Positions 25,158 through 35,834 of a DNA stretch of 64,000 bases are shown here, piece after piece (the stretch's first letter is position 1; each line of letters begins with the position of its first letter). The stretch spans positions 164,849 through 228,848 of the forward strand of contig PHAN01000003.1 of the NCBI GenBank assembly GCA_002841695.1, read 5' to 3'. The stretch comes from Elusimicrobia bacterium HGW-Elusimicrobia-1. GTDB taxonomy: Bacteria; Elusimicrobiota; Endomicrobiia; PHAN01. A program made the position numbers and the translations under genes. The notes below the pieces were generated by a model. That model was not told the origin of the DNA. It searched no databases and saw only the letters and a program-made list of their open reading frames with translations.

Positions 25158-27202
25158 TGAAAACGAAAATATTGTCAAAAATCTCCTCTCTGCGCATCGC
25201 TCGCCGCGCGGCCGCTTTTTATGTTTTTTTTTGTGCGGCCAATCTGATCATTTTCGGAGCTTTCCGCGCGGTTTTCTACGTTAAATACTCAGAGATTTAC
25301 GGCGATGCATCCGCGGCGAAGATAATCGGGGCTTTTCTGGCGGGACTTCGCTTCGATGCTTCCACCATATCCGTATTCTCCTCGGTATTTTTTCTGTGGC
25401 TGTTTATTTCGGAAATAAGACGCAACGATGGGCGGATGTCCCGTGTCCCCGTCGCGGCTTTGATCGTCGTGTTCTCATTTCTGTGGATAGTGCTGGCGGC
25501 CGACTTGTTTTACTTCCGGTATTCCGGACGCAGGATGTCTTTTGAAATATGGCTGGCAGTTCAGGAAATCGCGCAGGTATCGGAGACGATATTGTCTCGT
25601 TACGCGCTTGTGGCGGTTTTCATGGCGGTTTTTGTAAAGGGACAGATTTTCCTGTTTTATAAGGTCATTCATTTCATAGAAAAAAAATTACCCGCCGGCA
25701 ATATATCTCCGCTCGGAGGATTTTCGTCGGTTCTGGTTTTTTTAGTCGTTGCCGTCGTCGCGGGCCGCGGTGGTTTTCAGACGAGGCCCATAGAGCCGAA
25801 GACCGCCTTTGCCATGCTTGAAGACGTGCCGCTCGGCTACTTATCCCTCAACGGAGCATACACCGTTTCTCACGCCGCGTTGCACAATTTGCGAATTTCC
25901 TCGGAAGATGCGGATATTATTCCCGCCGACGTCCAAAGAGTCACGGGGCTTGTAGGTTCTCCGCGCGAAAGTTTTTCTTCGTGGAAATATCCGTTGAAGC
26001 GTTTTCGTCGGTCCGGCAAGATTTTGCCGGCTGGGAAAAAGAAGAACATTGTAATTTTCATAATGGAAGGCCTCTCGGCCGCTCATACCGGCGCGCTCGG
26101 CGGAATCGCGGGCGCCACGCCTTTCATGGATTCCCTGGCCGAAGACGGATTGCTGCACAAGAATTTTTATTCCACAGGAACCAGGACGATGCAAATACTG
26201 CCCGCCGTGTTGTGCTCGCTGCCTCCATTTTACGATTTCGCCCACAATTCCATAACTCTTGAACAGAATCGTGTCAGAAGCGTAGCTCATGTGCTCGGCG
26301 AGCACGGCTATTCTTCGATATTCGTGCACGGCGCCCGCAGGGACGTTTACAACAGGGATGCGCTGTTGACCGCTGCGGGTTTCAACGAGCATGTGGCGAT
26401 GGATGATTTTAAGCGCAACGAAGTCCGCTTTTCAAAAGCTTGGGGCGTGCACGATGAGTATGTTTTTTTAAGAGCACACGAAGAGTTTCAAAAAATGCCG
26501 AGACCTTTCCTTGGCGTGGTTTTTTCTCTTTCCGCCCATCCGCCATATGACTTGCCGCCGGGCGAAAGGCCTTTCCGCGGACATTCCTTGAGAGACGACT
26601 TTCTTAACGCCGTGCGTTACTCCGACGATTCGCTTAAACAATTTTTCTCCGCCGCCGTGTCGTCGGACTATTATAAGGACACCATTTTCATAATCCTCGG
26701 CGACCATACCAGCGCGATGGGCCTTTCCGGTCCGCGCGACGTCTTCCGTATTCCTTTTGTGATGGTCTTTCCCGGCGGAAAACCCGACCGCGCGGTCATG
26801 CGCTCCCCCGCCTCGCAAACGGATATACTGCCCACCATAATGGATCTTGCCGGAGTGTCGTCGGAGCACGCTTCCTTCGGTCGCTCGCTGTTTGACGAGA
26901 ATAAAAAGGGTTTTGCTTTTATGTACGCAAATGAGATAATTTACTGGGCTTACGGAGATTTTATTCTCGGCCACGACGGCAAAAGAAAGATATCGCTCCA
27001 TTACAGAGGCCGCAAAGTTCCGTTTTCGCTTGCTCGACGCGTGATGTCCGGCGGAGAAAATATGCTCGATAAAATGGAAAACGATATTAAGTCATTTATG
27101 AGAGTGGGCCGAGGCGTCGTGCTCGGCAACCGGATTTGGCCTCCCCACGTGGAAGAAGAGTATAGTTCCTCCGGCACAATGACTCGGGGTGGAAATCCGT
27201 GA
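25157..27202 (+). CDS. LTA-synthase/sulfatase-family membrane protein (phosphoglycerol/phosphoethanolamine transferase-like)
   Basis: N-terminal TM helices (GLRFDAS, RGGFQ); NIVIFIMEG, WGVHD, SAHPPY, ILGDH, SQTDILPT. Confidence 0.85.
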   Translation: MKTKILSKISSLRIARRAAAFYVFFCAANLIIFGAFRAVFYVKYSEIYGDASAAKIIGAFLAGLRFDASTISVFSSVFFLWLFISEIRRNDGRMSRVPVAALIVVFSFLWIVLAADLFYFRYSGRRMSFEIWLAVQEIAQVSETILSRYALVAVFMAVFVKGQIFLFYKVIHFIEKKLPAGNISPLGGFSSVLVFLVVAVVAGRGGFQTRPIEPKTAFAMLEDVPLGYLSLNGAYTVSHAALHNLRISSEDADIIPADVQRVTGLVGSPRESFSSWKYPLKRFRRSGKILPAGKKKNIVIFIMEGLSAAHTGALGGIAGATPFMDSLAEDGLLHKNFYSTGTRTMQILPAVLCSLPPFYDFAHNSITLEQNRVRSVAHVLGEHGYSSIFVHGARRDVYNRDALLTAAGFNEHVAMDDFKRNEVRFSKAWGVHDEYVFLRAHEEFQKMPRPFLGVVFSLSAHPPYDLPPGERPFRGHSLRDDFLNAVRYSDDSLKQFFSAAVSSDYYKDTIFIILGDHTSAMGLSGPRDVFRIPFVMVFPGGKPDRAVMRSPASQTDILPTIMDLAGVSSEHASFGRSLFDENKKGFAFMYANEIIYWAYGDFILGHDGKRKISLHYRGRKVPFSLARRVMSGGENMLDKMENDIKSFMRVGRGVVLGNRIWPPHVEEEYSSSGTMTRGGNP

Positions 27203-28389
27203 AGAAAACAATACTTAAAATCTCGGCGGGTACGGTCGCCGCGGGACTCTGCGTATATGCAGTTTTCGCCTCTATGGGAATATCCGGCATTCAGGCCGGT
27301 TCGGCATTGGTGTTTTTGGGATTGACGGCGTTCGTGTTCGCCGGCGGCGTCGGGAATATGATTCACTTTGACGACGACGCGGGTTTTCTGGCGCGCGCCG
27401 TCGTGTTTTTTCTTGCATGGAGTTTTGTCGCGTCCGCCGCCGGCGGAGCGGCCTTGGCCGGATTAAGAAATTTGGCTCCGTTAGTCGGCGCGTTTTCGAT
27501 TTTTTGCGGTCTCGCCGCTTCGTCCCCGCGGGCGCGCGCCGCTTATCTTTCGGTCGCGCTGATGTTTTTCGCCGTTCAATCCGTTTACGGGATAGCCCAG
27601 TATTTTACCGGCATAGACATAACCCGCGGAGGATTTTCGGAGCCGTACTTGCGCGTGCGCGGGACACTGGGATATTTCAACTCGCTGGGCGGCGTTCTGG
27701 GAATGATGCTGCCGGTGGCGGCCGGTTTTGCGGTTTTTCCGTCGGACAAAAAAAAGAAGTTGCCGTATGCCGTCGCCGCTGTGTTGATGGCCGGAGCTCT
27801 TCTGGCGACTTTTACGCGCGGAGCGTGGATCGGCGCCGCGGCGGGTGTGGCCGTAGTATTCTTTTTGCGTTACGGCCGCCGCGCGTTCTTCATATTCGCT
27901 TTATTGCCCGCGATGCTGTTTCTTGCTCCGGTGCGTTCCCGTCTGGCCGATATTAAAAGCCGGCCCGAAACCGAAAGGGTTTATATGTGGAGAAAGTCGG
28001 CGGCCATGATAAAGACATCTCCCGTGTTAGGTTTCGGCGCCGGAGGTTTTGAGCGCGCCGCCGCCCGTGACGCGGCCGCCGGAATTATTCAAAAACACTT
28101 TCATCCGCATAATATTTTCATGGCTGCCGCTCTCGACGGGGGAATACCGCTTGCGCTTGCCCTCGCCGCCTTTCTTTTTGTTATGTTCCGTCGTGCCGCC
28201 AAAACTTTTGTGCTTGCCCGCGCAAGTTCTTCGGGCGGCGCGTCCGTTATGCCTGCGGCTCTTGCCGCCGGAGTTCTGGGCAGTTTGACGGACTTTGCGG
28301 CGCACGGTATGGTGGATAATCTATTCTCCGGCGAAACGCTTTATCTGCTGTGGTTTCTTGCCGGATGTTTATTTTTCTATGAAAAATAA
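27199..28389 (+). CDS. O-antigen ligase (WaaL/Wzy_C) family protein
   Basis: RVRGTLGYFN, TFTRGAWIG, PVLGFGAGGF, HPHNIF. Confidence 0.85.
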   Translation: MKKTILKISAGTVAAGLCVYAVFASMGISGIQAGSALVFLGLTAFVFAGGVGNMIHFDDDAGFLARAVVFFLAWSFVASAAGGAALAGLRNLAPLVGAFSIFCGLAASSPRARAAYLSVALMFFAVQSVYGIAQYFTGIDITRGGFSEPYLRVRGTLGYFNSLGGVLGMMLPVAAGFAVFPSDKKKKLPYAVAAVLMAGALLATFTRGAWIGAAAGVAVVFFLRYGRRAFFIFALLPAMLFLAPVRSRLADIKSRPETERVYMWRKSAAMIKTSPVLGFGAGGFERAAARDAAAGIIQKHFHPHNIFMAAALDGGIPLALALAAFLFVMFRRAAKTFVLARASSSGGASVMPAALAAGVLGSLTDFAAHGMVDNLFSGETLYLLWFLAGCLFFYEK

Positions 28390-29488
28390 ATCCGTCGTAT
28401 TTTTCGACGCGACACCCGCATGGTCCGGCGGAGCCAACAGAATATTGTTTCTGGCCAAGTCGCTTTCGTCCGCGGGTTTTTTTCCTCACATTGTATGTTT
28501 GCGCGGCGGACGGCTCGGCGAACTGGCCGGGCGGGCCGGCATCGACGTTTTTAAGATAAATCCTGTTTTCGACACGGATCCCGTCGCATTGTGCAGGATA
28601 TTTTTTTATCTGCGTCGGATAAATGCCGCAGTCGCGGATATAAACTCTCCGGGATTTTACTGGATTGGCCTTGCCGCCGCCAAACTCGCGGGAGTAAAAA
28701 CCGTTTTGACGCGGAATGTCCCTTACAGAAAACAAGGGCTTAAGAGGATCGTCAATAAATATCTGCTTTACGGCCGGTATGACCGCATAATATCTTTGTC
28801 CGCGGCGGTAAAGAAAGACCTTGAAAGCGATTACGGATTGTCCAATGTCCGGCTGATTTACGACGGTATTTTCAGCGCCGTTTCGCCGCCGTCGCCGGAA
28901 GAATCCGCGGCGGCAAAAAAAACTTTCGGTTTCGCGCCGGACGACATAGTTTTCGGTCTTGTCGGCCGTCTGGAAAAAAACAAGGGACAGCATGTGGCCG
29001 TGGAGGCATTCGCCGCCGTGGCCGACGCGTGTCCTCGCGCAAAGCTTCTGGTGGCGGGCGCCGGTGACGCCGGCTACGCGGAATATCTCTCGTCGCTCGC
29101 GCGAAAACTTAATCTTGCGGGGCGTGTATTGCTGGCCGGTTACGTCGAAGACGTGTCCGCGGTTTACAAGGCCTCCGACATTCTTGTGCATCCTTCTTTT
29201 TACGACAATATACCAATAAGCATTCTTGAGTCGCTTTCGGCGGGACGTCCCGTCATTGCCTCTCGGGTGGGCGGAATCCCCGAAGTCATCGTCGATAACG
29301 AAAACGGAATGCTTTTCGACGCCGGCTCGGCCGGACAACTCGCCGGGAAGATGTTGAAGATGGCCGCCGCGGACTATGCTGCTATCGGACGCGCCGCGTC
29401 GCCGGCCGTGGCCGAAAAATTTTCCGTCGTCGAAATGAAATCGAGATATATAGAGTTGATGGATGAACTCACCGGAGGATCCTCATGA
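28379..29488 (+). CDS. GT4 glycosyltransferase
   Basis: VGRLEKNKGQ; PS..DNIPISILESLSAGRPVIASRVGGIPE. Confidence 0.9.
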   Translation: MKNKSVVFFDATPAWSGGANRILFLAKSLSSAGFFPHIVCLRGGRLGELAGRAGIDVFKINPVFDTDPVALCRIFFYLRRINAAVADINSPGFYWIGLAAAKLAGVKTVLTRNVPYRKQGLKRIVNKYLLYGRYDRIISLSAAVKKDLESDYGLSNVRLIYDGIFSAVSPPSPEESAAAKKTFGFAPDDIVFGLVGRLEKNKGQHVAVEAFAAVADACPRAKLLVAGAGDAGYAEYLSSLARKLNLAGRVLLAGYVEDVSAVYKASDILVHPSFYDNIPISILESLSAGRPVIASRVGGIPEVIVDNENGMLFDAGSAGQLAGKMLKMAAADYAAIGRAASPAVAEKFSVVEMKSRYIELMDELTGGSS

Positions 29489-30213
29489 TTTACGTTGCTC
29501 TGCCGGCTTACAACGAAGAAAAAAATATTCCGCCTCTTCTTTCGGCGGTTTCCGAAACGCTCAAAGGCGCCGATTACAAAGTCGTAATTGTCGACGACGG
29601 TTCGACCGACGGCACTCTGTCGGCCGCTCGTCTGGCATCCGGCGTTATGCCCGTGGAAGTAATACCGCACGAAAAAAATATGGGCCTGGGCGCGGCGATA
29701 AAAACTTTGTTCGCGTATATCGCCAAAAACGTAAAGTCCGGCGACGTCGTCGTTACGATGGACGCCGACAATACCCATCCGGCCGCGCTCATCCCCTCGA
29801 TGGCATCCCGTGTCGCGGAAGGCGCCGATATAGTGATTGCGTCGCGTTTCTGCGCCGGCGCGAAAACTCGCGGCGTGCCGTTTTACAGAAATCTTCTGAG
29901 CCGCGTCGCCGCTCTGATATTCAAAATCGCTTTTCGCATCAGGGGCGTAAACGATTATACAAGCGGATACAGGGTCATATCGGGCGCCATACTGCGCCGC
30001 TATTTCGACAGCCCCGAGGCCGCGCCGCTCGTAACAGAGGCGGGTTTTACCGCCGGCACCGAGATATTGATAAAACTATCGCGGCAACCCGGCGCGCGCA
30101 TCGTCGAAGCGCCCCTTGATTTAAGATACGATTTGAAAGGCGGGGCTTCCAAAATGAAGGTGGTTTCGACGATGATAAAATATCTGAAACTTCTGAGGAT
30201 GGCTTTCAAATGA
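29485..30213 (+). CDS. GT2 glycosyltransferase (DPM-synthase-like)
   Basis: LPAYNEE, VDDGSTD, TMDADNTH, DYTSGYR. Confidence 0.9.
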   Translation: MIYVALPAYNEEKNIPPLLSAVSETLKGADYKVVIVDDGSTDGTLSAARLASGVMPVEVIPHEKNMGLGAAIKTLFAYIAKNVKSGDVVVTMDADNTHPAALIPSMASRVAEGADIVIASRFCAGAKTRGVPFYRNLLSRVAALIFKIAFRIRGVNDYTSGYRVISGAILRRYFDSPEAAPLVTEAGFTAGTEILIKLSRQPGARIVEAPLDLRYDLKGGASKMKVVSTMIKYLKLLRMAFK

Positions 30214-31001
30214 AAATATGGCCCTGGGCGTTTGCGATTGTATTTGTTTTGACCGTCGCGGTAGTCGCTCTGCGCGCGTATTATTCGCGCAGAACTTTTA
30301 TACTCTGTTACCACAAAATCGCGCCGTTCCGTCGGGGAGGGCTCAAAAGCTTATTCGTGCGCCCGCGATATTTTGCCGCGCAGATGGGCTATTTGAAACT
30401 GAGAGGATATAGAACCGTGTCCCTGCCCGAACTCGCCGGCATAATATCTTCCGGTCAAAAATTGCCGCCAAAAATTTTCGCCATTACTTTCGACGACGGC
30501 TACCGCGATAACTACACTTCGGCCTATCCGACGCTTAAAAAAAACGGATTCAGGGCTACGGTTTTTCTTATGGCTTCGGCGGTGGGACAAAATTACGCCT
30601 ACCCGGGGGAACCCGCCGAAGAACATCTGTCTCCGGAAGAAATCAGGTTAATGTCGGACATAATCGATTTCGGCGCGCATACTCTAAGCCATCCCCGCCT
30701 CGCCGACGTTTCCGACGCCCAAGTCGCCGTCGAAGTATCCGGATCGAAAAAGGCGCTCAAGGATAAAGCGGGCGTGGACGCCGTCACTTTCTGCTATCCC
30801 TTCGGTTCCTGCGACGAGCGTTCGGTCGCTCTGGCGCGCTCGGATTACGTCGCGGCCTGCACAACCCGTCCGGGGCTTGTGTCCGCCGGAGCCGACCCTC
30901 ATCTTCTCCCCCGTGTCGAGTTCAAAGATTTGTTTACTATGAGTTTTCGTGATTTTTTCAGGGCATTTGAGTTTTATCTGAAAATAGCCCTCGGAGCGTG
31001 A
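30210..31001 (+). CDS. Polysaccharide deacetylase (CE4)
   Basis: ILCYHKI, ITFDDGYRD, GAHTLSHP, FCYPFG. Confidence 0.9.
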   Translation: MKIWPWAFAIVFVLTVAVVALRAYYSRRTFILCYHKIAPFRRGGLKSLFVRPRYFAAQMGYLKLRGYRTVSLPELAGIISSGQKLPPKIFAITFDDGYRDNYTSAYPTLKKNGFRATVFLMASAVGQNYAYPGEPAEEHLSPEEIRLMSDIIDFGAHTLSHPRLADVSDAQVAVEVSGSKKALKDKAGVDAVTFCYPFGSCDERSVALARSDYVAACTTRPGLVSAGADPHLLPRVEFKDLFTMSFRDFFRAFEFYLKIALGA

Positions 31002-32431
31002 CGAGCGTGTTGACATCGACCAAAGCGCGTTTGCTTTTTATCCTGGCCGTTTGCGGCATAATGTATTTTAACCGTCTCGGCGCGGCCACGCTTATTTTTG
31101 ACGACGCGTTCTACGCTCAAAAGGCCAAAGAAATGCTGCGGGCCGATAACTGGCTCGTGCCCGTCTACGCGGGGAAGGCCGATTTTCAGGACGGCAAACC
31201 CATTTTTCACTACTGGGCGCAGATGGCGGGCGCGGGAATATTCGGTTCCGGGAATCTCGGCGCCCGTTCGGCCCAGGCCTTATTCGGTTTTGTCGGAGTT
31301 ATTTTTTTATTTTTCTTCGCGCGAAGATTTTACAGCGAGCCGGTCGCTTTTATGGCCTCGCTGATTCTGGCTTTCACTCAGCAGTATCTGCATCACGCCA
31401 GGAGCGCCCAGCCCGATGTGCTTTTCACTTTATTCTTCACCGCCGCCGTCGCGGCGTATTATGCGGCGGTGTCCGGACGGGGTAAAATTTATTACTATTT
31501 GACCGGCATAGCGGCGGGTTGCGCCGTTATGACCAGAAACGTTCCGGGTCTGCTGGTTTTCGGCGTCATCGGCGCTCACGCAGTCCTTACGGGCGGTTTG
31601 TCGTCGCGGATGAGGGATAAACATTTTATCTTGGGCGCAATGTCAAGCATTGTCGTAATACTGCCGTGGTTTGTTTTTATGACTTTAAGATTCGGCGGGG
31701 AGTTCACGGAAAACTACATCGGACGAGTGGCGGCCATAGGCGTGGGCGGAACGGGTATTTATACGCCGTGGCACACGATAATAGTCAGGATAATCGAGAA
31801 CTATTGGCCGTGGCTGCCTTTTCTTGCGATGGGAATATACAAGGAAATACGTCTGGTTTTGTCGCCGTTGTCGTCGAAAGAAGAAAAAAGCGGGTCGCTG
31901 TTACTGCTTATGTGGATAGCCGTTCCATTTGCGGTTTTTCAGGCCGCATCCGTCAGAGGTTCTCAATACATAATGCCGATTTACGTTCCCTTTGCCGTAG
32001 TGACAGCGCGGGTTTTCGACGGATTTCGCAATAATGAAAGATGGATGAAGGGGCTTGTCGCCGTGTCGGCGCTTGCGGCGGTTTTATATCTGTTTTTGCC
32101 GCTGGCTCCGAACACTTTGGACGTGGGACATTACGGGGAGTTAAAAGGATTGTTCGGCCATGTGCGGGAAGTTTCGCCCGCGCCGGTGGCGGTTCCCGTC
32201 GAAGATTACTGGTATTTTTCCAACGGTTTGAGATTTTACGCCGACGCCGAAGTCTCGGCCGCGTCGGCGGGCGGCATCGGGTCGGATATTCTTTCGTCGA
32301 GAGGCAAGTATTACCTTATGAGGTCGCGGGACTTCGCCGTGTTGACACAGAACGCGCGCCGTTCGTCGAAAATTATCGCGCGCACGGACAATTTCATCTT
32401 TTTGAAATCCGCAGGAAAAAACGGCCGTTGA
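30998..32431 (+). CDS. ArnT/GT39-like membrane glycosyltransferase
   Basis: DDAFYAQKAKEM...W.VP...KPIFHYW; many TM segments. Confidence 0.85.
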   Translation: MTSVLTSTKARLLFILAVCGIMYFNRLGAATLIFDDAFYAQKAKEMLRADNWLVPVYAGKADFQDGKPIFHYWAQMAGAGIFGSGNLGARSAQALFGFVGVIFLFFFARRFYSEPVAFMASLILAFTQQYLHHARSAQPDVLFTLFFTAAVAAYYAAVSGRGKIYYYLTGIAAGCAVMTRNVPGLLVFGVIGAHAVLTGGLSSRMRDKHFILGAMSSIVVILPWFVFMTLRFGGEFTENYIGRVAAIGVGGTGIYTPWHTIIVRIIENYWPWLPFLAMGIYKEIRLVLSPLSSKEEKSGSLLLLMWIAVPFAVFQAASVRGSQYIMPIYVPFAVVTARVFDGFRNNERWMKGLVAVSALAAVLYLFLPLAPNTLDVGHYGELKGLFGHVREVSPAPVAVPVEDYWYFSNGLRFYADAEVSAASAGGIGSDILSSRGKYYLMRSRDFAVLTQNARRSSKIIARTDNFIFLKSAGKNGR

Positions 32432-32509
32432 TGTTATCTTACCGCACGGGCGCGGTTCATAAAAAGCGCCGGCCGGGCCGATGGTTTTTGACGGTTTTAA
32501 GTTTTATGG

Positions 32510-33997
32510 TTACCGCGACGGAATTTTGACGGCGGGCGCCTTCGCGCTTTTGCGGTTGGACGCGAACACAAACCTTCCCTGTTCGCACAATACATAAAGT
32601 TTTTTTCTTGTCGCGGGGGCAAGATTTTCCGCGTCTTCTTTTTTCATGAGAAAATATTTTTTCAGGGGAGACGATACATGCGCCGCGATATCTTCGGGCT
32701 CGTCGACGGAATGCGTAACTCCCCTGTCGGCGTACCAGGGCAAAAGCGATATCATATCCCAATAGTAAAGTTTGTGGATAATAACTTTTTCGTCGCGGCC
32801 GGTATTTTTTGCTATGCAGGGCGCCAGAGCTTTTAGGTCGGGATTTCTGGATTTACTCAGGCGCACCGGCGCAAAAAATACTATGGCCGCGATTATTACC
32901 GCCGTCGCCGCGCCAGCCGAAACGATTTGCGGGCGGTATTTTCTCGTCCATACATTGAATATATACCCGTTGAGAACGCACCACGCCGGCCAAATCATCA
33001 AAAGATAATAATCCTCGCGGTATCCCGCCGCCGAAAATCCGGCGAATGTCACGCCCGCCCAGAAAAGTAAAATATAAAGCTTGCCGGCTTTTTCGCGGAT
33101 AATCCGGACCGCGCCGAAGAATCCCGTTATTGCCCACGGGAAGAATCTCGATAAAAACATTCCCGAATAGAAAATCACGCCCCTGATTTTGTCGACGATA
33201 CCCGCCTGTCCTCTGTCCCCGCCGCTTATTTTCCATAAGACCTGCTCTACGACATAAAACCGCCAGAACGCGTCGCCCTTAAAAATAATCTGCGGCACAA
33301 TCCATGCCGCCGCAACTGCCGCCGCGCTCAACGGCCCGATCCAGAATTTCGGTTGCCGCAGAAGTTTTGGCTCGAAAAACAGTATGCAGGGAATTATCGA
33401 TGCGTATATCGCGCCTGCCGGAACGCCTTTGGAAAGAAAGGCCAGCCCTGCCGCCGCGCCGCTTATCGCGTGCAATAAACCGGATTCTTTGCGCCGCGCG
33501 GCGACGAAGGACAAAAAAGAAACCGTAGTAAAAAAAACGAAGATACTTTCCAGTTCGCATTTGCGCGAATGTTTGAAGAAAAAAGGAGTGAGTATGAGCG
33601 TGAGCGCGGCCAGAAAACCGGTGTATTCATCGTCGATGGCGTTGCCCAGAAGATAAACCGCAAGTATAAGAAGCAATCCGAAGAAAGCCGAAACCGTCCT
33701 TGCCGTGAAATCGTCGGCGCCGGCTATCTTAAAGACCGCGCTTTGCAGCCAGAAAAAAAGAGGCGGATGATGATAAAAATCGACGAACTCTTCGGAATGC
33801 GGCCAGTGCGGGGTCAGGTAGTCGCCGGTGCGGGCCATCTCGCGCGAAATGGACGCGTAGGTGCATGAACCTATCGGCTGAAGGTCGGTATCTCCGAGTT
33901 TGGCGAACATACCGGCGAAACCCAGTATGAACACCGCCAAAAACATAGTGCGACGGTTATCGGGGAATATTTTTTTAAGTGCGGACATAGCGGGCAT
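32510..33997 (-). CDS. ArnT/GT39-like membrane glycosyltransferase
   Basis: YASISREMARTGDYLTP...HPPLFFW; GLAFLSKG. Confidence 0.85.
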   Translation of the reverse strand: MPAMSALKKIFPDNRRTMFLAVFILGFAGMFAKLGDTDLQPIGSCTYASISREMARTGDYLTPHWPHSEEFVDFYHHPPLFFWLQSAVFKIAGADDFTARTVSAFFGLLLILAVYLLGNAIDDEYTGFLAALTLILTPFFFKHSRKCELESIFVFFTTVSFLSFVAARRKESGLLHAISGAAAGLAFLSKGVPAGAIYASIIPCILFFEPKLLRQPKFWIGPLSAAAVAAAWIVPQIIFKGDAFWRFYVVEQVLWKISGGDRGQAGIVDKIRGVIFYSGMFLSRFFPWAITGFFGAVRIIREKAGKLYILLFWAGVTFAGFSAAGYREDYYLLMIWPAWCVLNGYIFNVWTRKYRPQIVSAGAATAVIIAAIVFFAPVRLSKSRNPDLKALAPCIAKNTGRDEKVIIHKLYYWDMISLLPWYADRGVTHSVDEPEDIAAHVSSPLKKYFLMKKEDAENLAPATRKKLYVLCEQGRFVFASNRKSAKAPAVKIPSR

Positions 33998-34039
33998 AAA
34001 TAAAAATCGCCGCGTTTTTCGGCGGCCTCTTTTGCGGAT

Positions 34040-34987
34040 TCAGCGGGTTCGTATTGAGTCGAGAGTTTCCGACAGTGTCCTGCGCGGTTTCCATCCGGTT
34101 TGTTTCCGCAGGGCGATAGATGAACCGCGAATATCTTTTACGTCGTTGGATCTGAACCTGGACTTCTCGCAGACTATTTTTATTTTCGGCGCGCTGTTTC
34201 CGCAGAGGATTTTTATTATCCGCTTCAAAGACACGGATTTTCCGGAGGATACGTTGTAAAATCCGGCCTTGCCCTTCAGCGCCAAAAGACACAGCGCATC
34301 CGCCACGTCTCTTACGTCGACAAAATCGCGTTTTACGCCGATGTCGCCGACTTTAAGTTCGCAGTCGCGCGTCTTGCCGGATTTTATTCTCGATATTTGC
34401 GCGGCGAAGGAACCCACGGAAAGCGATTCCGACATCGCGGGTCCGAGCACATTGAACATTCTGGCGACTATGACTTTAAGGCCGCGCGCGGAGTAAAAAT
34501 CAGCCGCCTCGCTTTGCCATGATTTTACCAGGCCGTACGGGCTGACGGGCGACAAAATCGAATTTTCGCGCACCGGTAATTGTGATTTTTTGGCCGCGCC
34601 GTACTCTGCCGCCGAGCCGACTAAAATTACCGTCGGCGACGGCTTAACGCACAAGGACGCTTCCATGAGCGAGACGGCCGACGCCAGATTGGCTCTTATC
34701 AGCACGTCCCACGGCAGAATGGTCGCTGCGCCCGTGCCGGCAAGATTCACGATTACGTCCGGTTTTACGCGGGCGACAAGCGCTTTCGCCGCTTGTAAAT
34801 CGGCCGCGTCGCATTTTATAAAACCGATATTTTTTCCGCCTTCCGTTTTTGGGAGGCGCGCAGCGGCGTTTTTAACGTCGGAAGCCGCAATCGTTGCGCG
34901 GGGAAAACGTTTCGCGGCGGCGGCTATGAAATATCCGCCCATATAACCGCCCGCGCCCGTTACAAGAATTTTCTTTATTTCACGCAT
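34040..34987 (-). CDS. NAD-dependent sugar epimerase/reductase (Rmd-like)
   Basis: ILVTGAGGYMG, GSAAEYG, SPYGLVK, RDFVDVRDV. Confidence 0.85.
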   Translation of the reverse strand: MREIKKILVTGAGGYMGGYFIAAAAKRFPRATIAASDVKNAAARLPKTEGGKNIGFIKCDAADLQAAKALVARVKPDVIVNLAGTGAATILPWDVLIRANLASAVSLMEASLCVKPSPTVILVGSAAEYGAAKKSQLPVRENSILSPVSPYGLVKSWQSEAADFYSARGLKVIVARMFNVLGPAMSESLSVGSFAAQISRIKSGKTRDCELKVGDIGVKRDFVDVRDVADALCLLALKGKAGFYNVSSGKSVSLKRIIKILCGNSAPKIKIVCEKSRFRSNDVKDIRGSSIALRKQTGWKPRRTLSETLDSIRTR

Positions 34988-34998
34988 TTTTTAAGAGT

Positions 34999-35108
34999 TG
35001 TCATTGCGAACCGCCCGCAGGGTGGTGAAGCAATCTCAATTTTCGATAAAAACATGCGCGAGATTGCTTCGTCACCCCCGCCTGCGGCGGGGCTTCCTCG
35101 CAATGACA
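34999..35108. repeat. Palindromic REP-like element (GTCATTGCGA...TCGCAATGAC family)
   Basis: Terminal IR TGTCATTGCGA/TCGCAATGACA; inner IR GAAGCAATCTC/GAGATTGCTTC. Confidence 0.85.
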
Positions 35109-35135
35109 TGTTTTATATCGCGCATAATACGACAA

Positions 35136-35834
35136 TTATAATTTGAGTTTTCCGGCCCTGGCGAGTTCCGCGGCTTTCTGATAATCTTCGTGACGGCCTA
35201 TGTCCAGCCAGAAGCCGTCGTGCGGGACGCATAAAACTTTCATCCCGTTTTTTTTGAGACGCAGCAGCAAGTCGGGCATCCCTATCGACTCGCCCTTCCG
35301 TATCAGAGAAACCGCACCGCGTTTCAGCGCGTATATTCCGGTGCTCACGTAAAATAACCGCGATGGTTTCTCCGAGTACGACGCCAGCCGCCACTTATCG
35401 TCGGGCTCCACTATGCCGTATTCGATTACGGCTTTTCTTTTGGTAACGCACACCGACGCGTCCGCGCCGGATTTTTTATGCCGCGCCAGAAACTTGCCGT
35501 AATCGACGTCCGATAGAATATCGCCGTTGGTAACAAGAAAGTTGTCGTCGAGGCCGCCCGCAAGTTTCAAGGCGCCCGCGGTGTTGAGGGGTTTAATCTC
35601 GTGCACGTAGCGGATTTTTACGCCCAGCTTTTTACCGTCGCCGAAGTATGCCCGCAAGAGTCCCGCGAGGTAACCCGTGGAAATAACCATTTCGCGGAAG
35701 CCGCATTTTTTAAGGCGCCTTATTATTATCTCAAGCACCGGCACGTCGCCGACGGGCATAAGCGGTTTTGGAATTATCGTCGTGTAAGGTCTTAGCCGCG
35801 AGCCCTTTCCGCCCGCAAGTATTATCGCTTGCAT
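35136..35834 (-). CDS. Sugar-phosphate nucleotidyltransferase
   Basis: AIILAGGKGSRLRPYT...PKPLMPV; NGDIL; WLDIG. Confidence 0.9.
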   Translation of the reverse strand: MQAIILAGGKGSRLRPYTTIIPKPLMPVGDVPVLEIIIRRLKKCGFREMVISTGYLAGLLRAYFGDGKKLGVKIRYVHEIKPLNTAGALKLAGGLDDNFLVTNGDILSDVDYGKFLARHKKSGADASVCVTKRKAVIEYGIVEPDDKWRLASYSEKPSRLFYVSTGIYALKRGAVSLIRKGESIGMPDLLLRLKKNGMKVLCVPHDGFWLDIGRHEDYQKAAELARAGKLKL